From NCBI GenBank assembly GCA_964549075.1, contig CAZJUB010000087.1, forward strand, positions 1 to 11,024: a stretch of 11,024 bases of DNA, in the 5' to 3' direction. The notes under the pieces are model-generated. The model had not been told where the DNA came from, did no database searches, and worked only from the letters and a program-made list of their open reading frames with translations. A program made the position numbers and the translations under genes. This DNA comes from an uncultured archaeon. Its GTDB lineage: Archaea > Asgardarchaeota > Heimdallarchaeia > Heimdallarchaeales > Heimdallarchaeaceae. Position 1 is the first letter of the stretch, and each line of letters opens with the position of its first letter. This document shows, piece after piece, positions 7,801 through 11,024 of the stretch.

Positions 7801-8841
7801 TTATCTCCAATACCTTGGATCCCCTATTCCTAAATACCAGTAACAATAACCTCCTACGGGATATTTGTTTATAGCATCCTCTTTTTTTTGTGTTGATATA
7901 TAATCTTGAAAAACTGCAAACCAAGTTACATCGCTTTCATCCTTGTAAATAAAAAATAATTCCTTTGAATCCGAGTATCTGTCTGTTTTTACTCCATAAG
8001 AATCCACTAGGTTTTTGAAATAGTAGTATCCGCCTGATAAAGCTGCTTCACCATTATCTGGCCAATTATAGCCATATAGAGGAATACCACAGTAGATTTT
8101 TTCGTAAGGAATTGTTTTTGTTGCATAATTCAAGACATTTCTTATCCAGCTTATTGGAGATATCTGTCCTGGATTACTATATGAGTAATCATATGTCATT
8201 ATCATCACATAATCACAAATTTCCCCAATTGTTGTATAATCAAAAGCTCCTCCCCATCCTATTGTCCAATCAGCTGATTTTGCTGGTACATCTATTGATA
8301 TGATATATTCAGATCCTAACGAATCTTTAACATCTCTCAGAAATTCATTAAATACTGCTCTATCTCTTGCTGGAACTCCTTCAAAATCTAGGTTTATTCC
8401 CGTACAATTGTAAAGATTAAGCAGAAAAATAGCTGATTCAATAAAATTACTTACACTTGTTTCATTATTAATTATTATAGATATAAGTTCTGAACTAAAA
8501 AATTCATCATAATTTGATACTAAGGGATGAACTTTAATACCTTTACTCCTACAAAAATCAAATACTTCATTTGGTGAAACATCTAAATTCCAATATTCAT
8601 CAGTCATCGTTCCATTTGGCAAAACTCTCCACCATGAAGGTGAAATCATATCGATTTCATCTGCGGAATCTATCAATCTTGCGTATGATGCATTGTTCCA
8701 AGTACTGAACCAAAAAAAATTCTTCTTGATTGGATACTCCACATTGAAATAAGGACTGAAATAGAAGTATAAACCTATACCCGTACCTATCATGCCTAGA
8801 ATGATTATTCCTGCGATTAGTCTGATATAAATAGATTTCAC
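7801..8841 (-). CDS. Membrane-anchored glycoside hydrolase family 18 protein (YaaH/YdhD/chitinase-like)
   Basis: N-terminal TM helix; ISPSW, GINLDFE catalytic motif, IMTYDY, PGQISPISW, GIPLYGYNW, WYLGIGD. Confidence 0.9.
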   Translation of the reverse strand: MKSIYIRLIAGIIILGMIGTGIGLYFYFSPYFNVEYPIKKNFFWFSTWNNASYARLIDSADEIDMISPSWWRVLPNGTMTDEYWNLDVSPNEVFDFCRSKGIKVHPLVSNYDEFFSSELISIIINNETSVSNFIESAIFLLNLYNCTGINLDFEGVPARDRAVFNEFLRDVKDSLGSEYIISIDVPAKSADWTIGWGGAFDYTTIGEICDYVMIMTYDYSYSNPGQISPISWIRNVLNYATKTIPYEKIYCGIPLYGYNWPDNGEAALSGGYYYFKNLVDSYGVKTDRYSDSKELFFIYKDESDVTWFAVFQDYISTQKKEDAINKYPVGGYCYWYLGIGDPRYWR

Positions 8842-8925
8842 AATCTATATTTCCTCTTCCCTTTTTGAAGTTAATCCCTCAATATACTAAAGATTTATTA
8901 TTCTCTCTGTGATGAAAAACTTACT

Positions 8926-10851
8926 ATGAATTCAGTAGAAAAAATGTGCGAAAAGTATACTGTAGAAAATGCTATAGAACACGGGAAAGCAGCAGTAGGT
9001 CCTGTTATGGGGCTTGTGTTTAAAGCTGATCCTGAATTGAGAAAAGATGCAAAAAACATCAAGAAAATCGTCGAAAAAAAAGTTGACTATATCAATTCAT
9101 TAAAAGCTGAAGAAATACAACAACTCGCACAGAAACAATTCCCAGAACTACTTCGAGAAAGAGAAGAAGAAGTACAGGAGGAAGCTGATTTCATAAGAGA
9201 GATTATAGAAGAACATAATCGAACCGGTAGATTTGGAGGAAAAGTGCATACTCGCTTCCCTCCTGAACCGAATGGTCTGCTACACATAGGTCACGCTTAT
9301 TCTATAGATCGTCAATACTATCTAACTATGGAGTATAAAGGAAAATTCAATCTAAGATTCGATGACACAAATCCAATAACTGAAGAAGAGGAATTTGTCG
9401 ACGAAATAATTAGAGATGTCAAGTGGTTAGGTGCTGATTTTGAAGATAGACTTTTCTTTGCTTCTGATTATTTTGAGCAGTTTTACGAATACGCGGTCCA
9501 GCTAGTTAAGAAAGGCTTAGCTTATGTTGACGATTCAACAGTTGAAGAAATTCGTGAAATGAGAGGAACAATAAATGAACCTGGAAAAGAAAGTCCATTT
9601 AGGAATCGATCAATTGAAGAAAACTTGAATCTATTCACAAAGATGAGAAATGGAGAATTTGCGGATGGAGAGAAAGTTCTTCGAGCGAAAATAGATATGG
9701 CACATCCTAATATGCTAATGAGAGACCCGATTGTATATAGAATTCTTCACGCTAAACATCATAGATCAGGAGATAAGTGGTGTATATATCCGATGTACGA
9801 CTGGGCACATGGATTGGAAGATTCGATTGAAGGTATAACACAATCAATTTGTACCCTTGAATTCGAAGTTCATAGACCTTTATATGACTGGTATATTGAC
9901 CAATTAGAGGATGAAGATGGTAATCCGATACACCATTCGCAGCAGATAGAGTTTGCTAGAATGAACCTTACTTATATGGTTGCAAGTAAAAGAAAACTTC
10001 GAATGCATGTAGAGGAAGGTTATGTTACTGGATGGGATGATCCAAGATTGTTAACTATTGCTGGAATGAGAAGAAGAGGAATCACACCTGAAGCTATCCG
10101 AAATTTTGCTATAGCTATACCTTTCACCAAACGAGACAAAATTATTGATATCTCTACCTTTGAATATTATGTCAGAGAAGATTTGGATAAACGATGTCCT
10201 AGAGTAATGAGTGTTATTGATCCTCTCAAAGTGGTTATAACTAATTATCCAGAGGATTTAACTGATGAGTTCGAAATAGCCAATCATCCTATGAATAAAG
10301 AAATGGGTACTAGAAAAGTCAAATTCACTAAGAATCTTTACATTGAAAAAGAGGATTTTATGGAAAATCCACCTGAGGATTATTACAGACTTTCAGTAGG
10401 AAAGGAAGTAAGATTGAAATATGCTTATTTCATAAAATGTGAAAAAATTGTAAAGGATGAGAAGACTGGAGTGATAAAAGAAATCCATTGTACCTATGAT
10501 CCAGAAACCAAAGGAGGAGAATCTCCTGATGGAAGAAAAGTACAAGGTACTATTCATTGGATATCAGCTGATAATGCTTTGGAAGTTGAAGTTAGACAAT
10601 ATGACAGGCTTTATACAAAAGAAAATCCAATGGAAGCGGAAGAAGGTAAAGATTTCAGAGATTATATCAATCCAGATTCAATTAAAATTATGAAATCTTA
10701 TGCAGAACCTTTTCTCAAAAATAAGGAACGTGGATCAAGATTCCAGTTCGAAAGAGAAGGATATTATGTAATCGATATAGTAGATTCTACCAAAGAAAAT
10801 CCTATATTTAACAGAATCATTACACTAAGAGATTCTTGGGGAAAGAAATAG
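8926..10851 (+). CDS. glnS: Glutamine--tRNA ligase with an N-terminal archaeal-GluRS-like helical domain
   Basis: From about aa 88 it is collinear with bacterial GlnRS: FIREII, VHTRFPPEPNGLLHIGH, LRFDDTNP, RAKIDM, WCIYPMYDWAH, SICTLEF, QIEFAR, SKRKL, GWDDPR, EVRLKYAY, GTIHWIS, FQFEREGY, FNRIITLRDSW. Confidence 0.96.
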   Translation: MNSVEKMCEKYTVENAIEHGKAAVGPVMGLVFKADPELRKDAKNIKKIVEKKVDYINSLKAEEIQQLAQKQFPELLREREEEVQEEADFIREIIEEHNRTGRFGGKVHTRFPPEPNGLLHIGHAYSIDRQYYLTMEYKGKFNLRFDDTNPITEEEEFVDEIIRDVKWLGADFEDRLFFASDYFEQFYEYAVQLVKKGLAYVDDSTVEEIREMRGTINEPGKESPFRNRSIEENLNLFTKMRNGEFADGEKVLRAKIDMAHPNMLMRDPIVYRILHAKHHRSGDKWCIYPMYDWAHGLEDSIEGITQSICTLEFEVHRPLYDWYIDQLEDEDGNPIHHSQQIEFARMNLTYMVASKRKLRMHVEEGYVTGWDDPRLLTIAGMRRRGITPEAIRNFAIAIPFTKRDKIIDISTFEYYVREDLDKRCPRVMSVIDPLKVVITNYPEDLTDEFEIANHPMNKEMGTRKVKFTKNLYIEKEDFMENPPEDYYRLSVGKEVRLKYAYFIKCEKIVKDEKTGVIKEIHCTYDPETKGGESPDGRKVQGTIHWISADNALEVEVRQYDRLYTKENPMEAEEGKDFRDYINPDSIKIMKSYAEPFLKNKERGSRFQFEREGYYVIDIVDSTKENPIFNRIITLRDSWGKK

Positions 10852-10919
10852 CCTCTCTTTAGAAAAATTTAAAATAAAATGAAGAAATCAACGGTTGTCA
10901 AAGAAGTTTGGCAATCTAT

Positions 10920-11024
10920 AGTCCCATGGTGTAGCCTGGAAACATTCCAGACTTTGAAGAAAGTCATCCAGATGCCTTTTGAAGTCATCTGGCGCCGGGA
11001 GTTCAAATCTCCCTGGGACTACCA
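10920..11024 (+). tRNA. tRNA-Gln (UUG) with a 29-nt intron at 37/38 (10958-10986) and encoded CCA
   Basis: Acceptor AGTCCCA/TGGGACT, D stem GTGT/ACAT, anticodon stem CCAGA/TCTGG with loop CT-TTG-A|A, T arm GGGAG-TTCAAAT-CTCCC, then ACCA. Bulge-helix-bulge at the intron ends; 76 nt when spliced. Confidence 0.95.

Noticed and set aside
189-10693. Shadow ORFs 189-461, 2234-2515, 3920-4105, 6385-6780, 8112-8303, 9087-9287, 10496-10693
   Set aside because: They overlap well-supported family genes in antisense or alternative frames and show no recognisable motifs.
475-10851. Complete reassignment of TAG/TAA to an amino acid
   Set aside because: GlnRS, DUF1295, MBL and APH genes end at TAG, and HxlR and GH18 at TAA, at their expected C-termini.
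8926-10851. Annotation as ordinary archaeal GluRS
   Set aside because: Only the first ~87 aa resemble archaeal GluRS; PPEPNG, CTLEF, QIEF and the C-terminal motifs are GlnRS-type.
10990-11024. tRNA 3' end as attachment site of an integrated element
   Set aside because: No integrase, transposase or duplicate of the tRNA 3' end was seen in the window, and sequence beyond the CCA is unavailable.
1-11024. CRISPR array, rRNA or long tandem repeats
   Set aside because: None seen by eye.

Overview
AT-rich archaeal chromosomal window. The archaeal origin rests on a BHB-intron tRNA with A1:U72 and TATA-like elements; an Asgard/Heimdallarchaeia-like lineage is my inference. It holds a mosaic of accessory genes: corrinoid protein, HxlR regulator, SnoaL-like protein, APH-family kinase, COG1237 MBL hydrolase, DUF1295, DUF389, GH18 and several unannotated micro-ORFs, two of them zinc ribbons. 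The main result is at the right end. A glutaminyl-tRNA synthetase, an enzyme classically absent from Archaea, has a bacterial-type GlnRS body fused to an archaeal GluRS-like N-terminal helical domain. It sits 68 bp upstream of an intron-containing tRNA-Gln(UUG) whose mature sequence looks eukaryote-like. Separately, four reading frames appear to continue past an in-frame TAG/TAA, suggesting stop-codon readthrough or clustered nonsense mutations.
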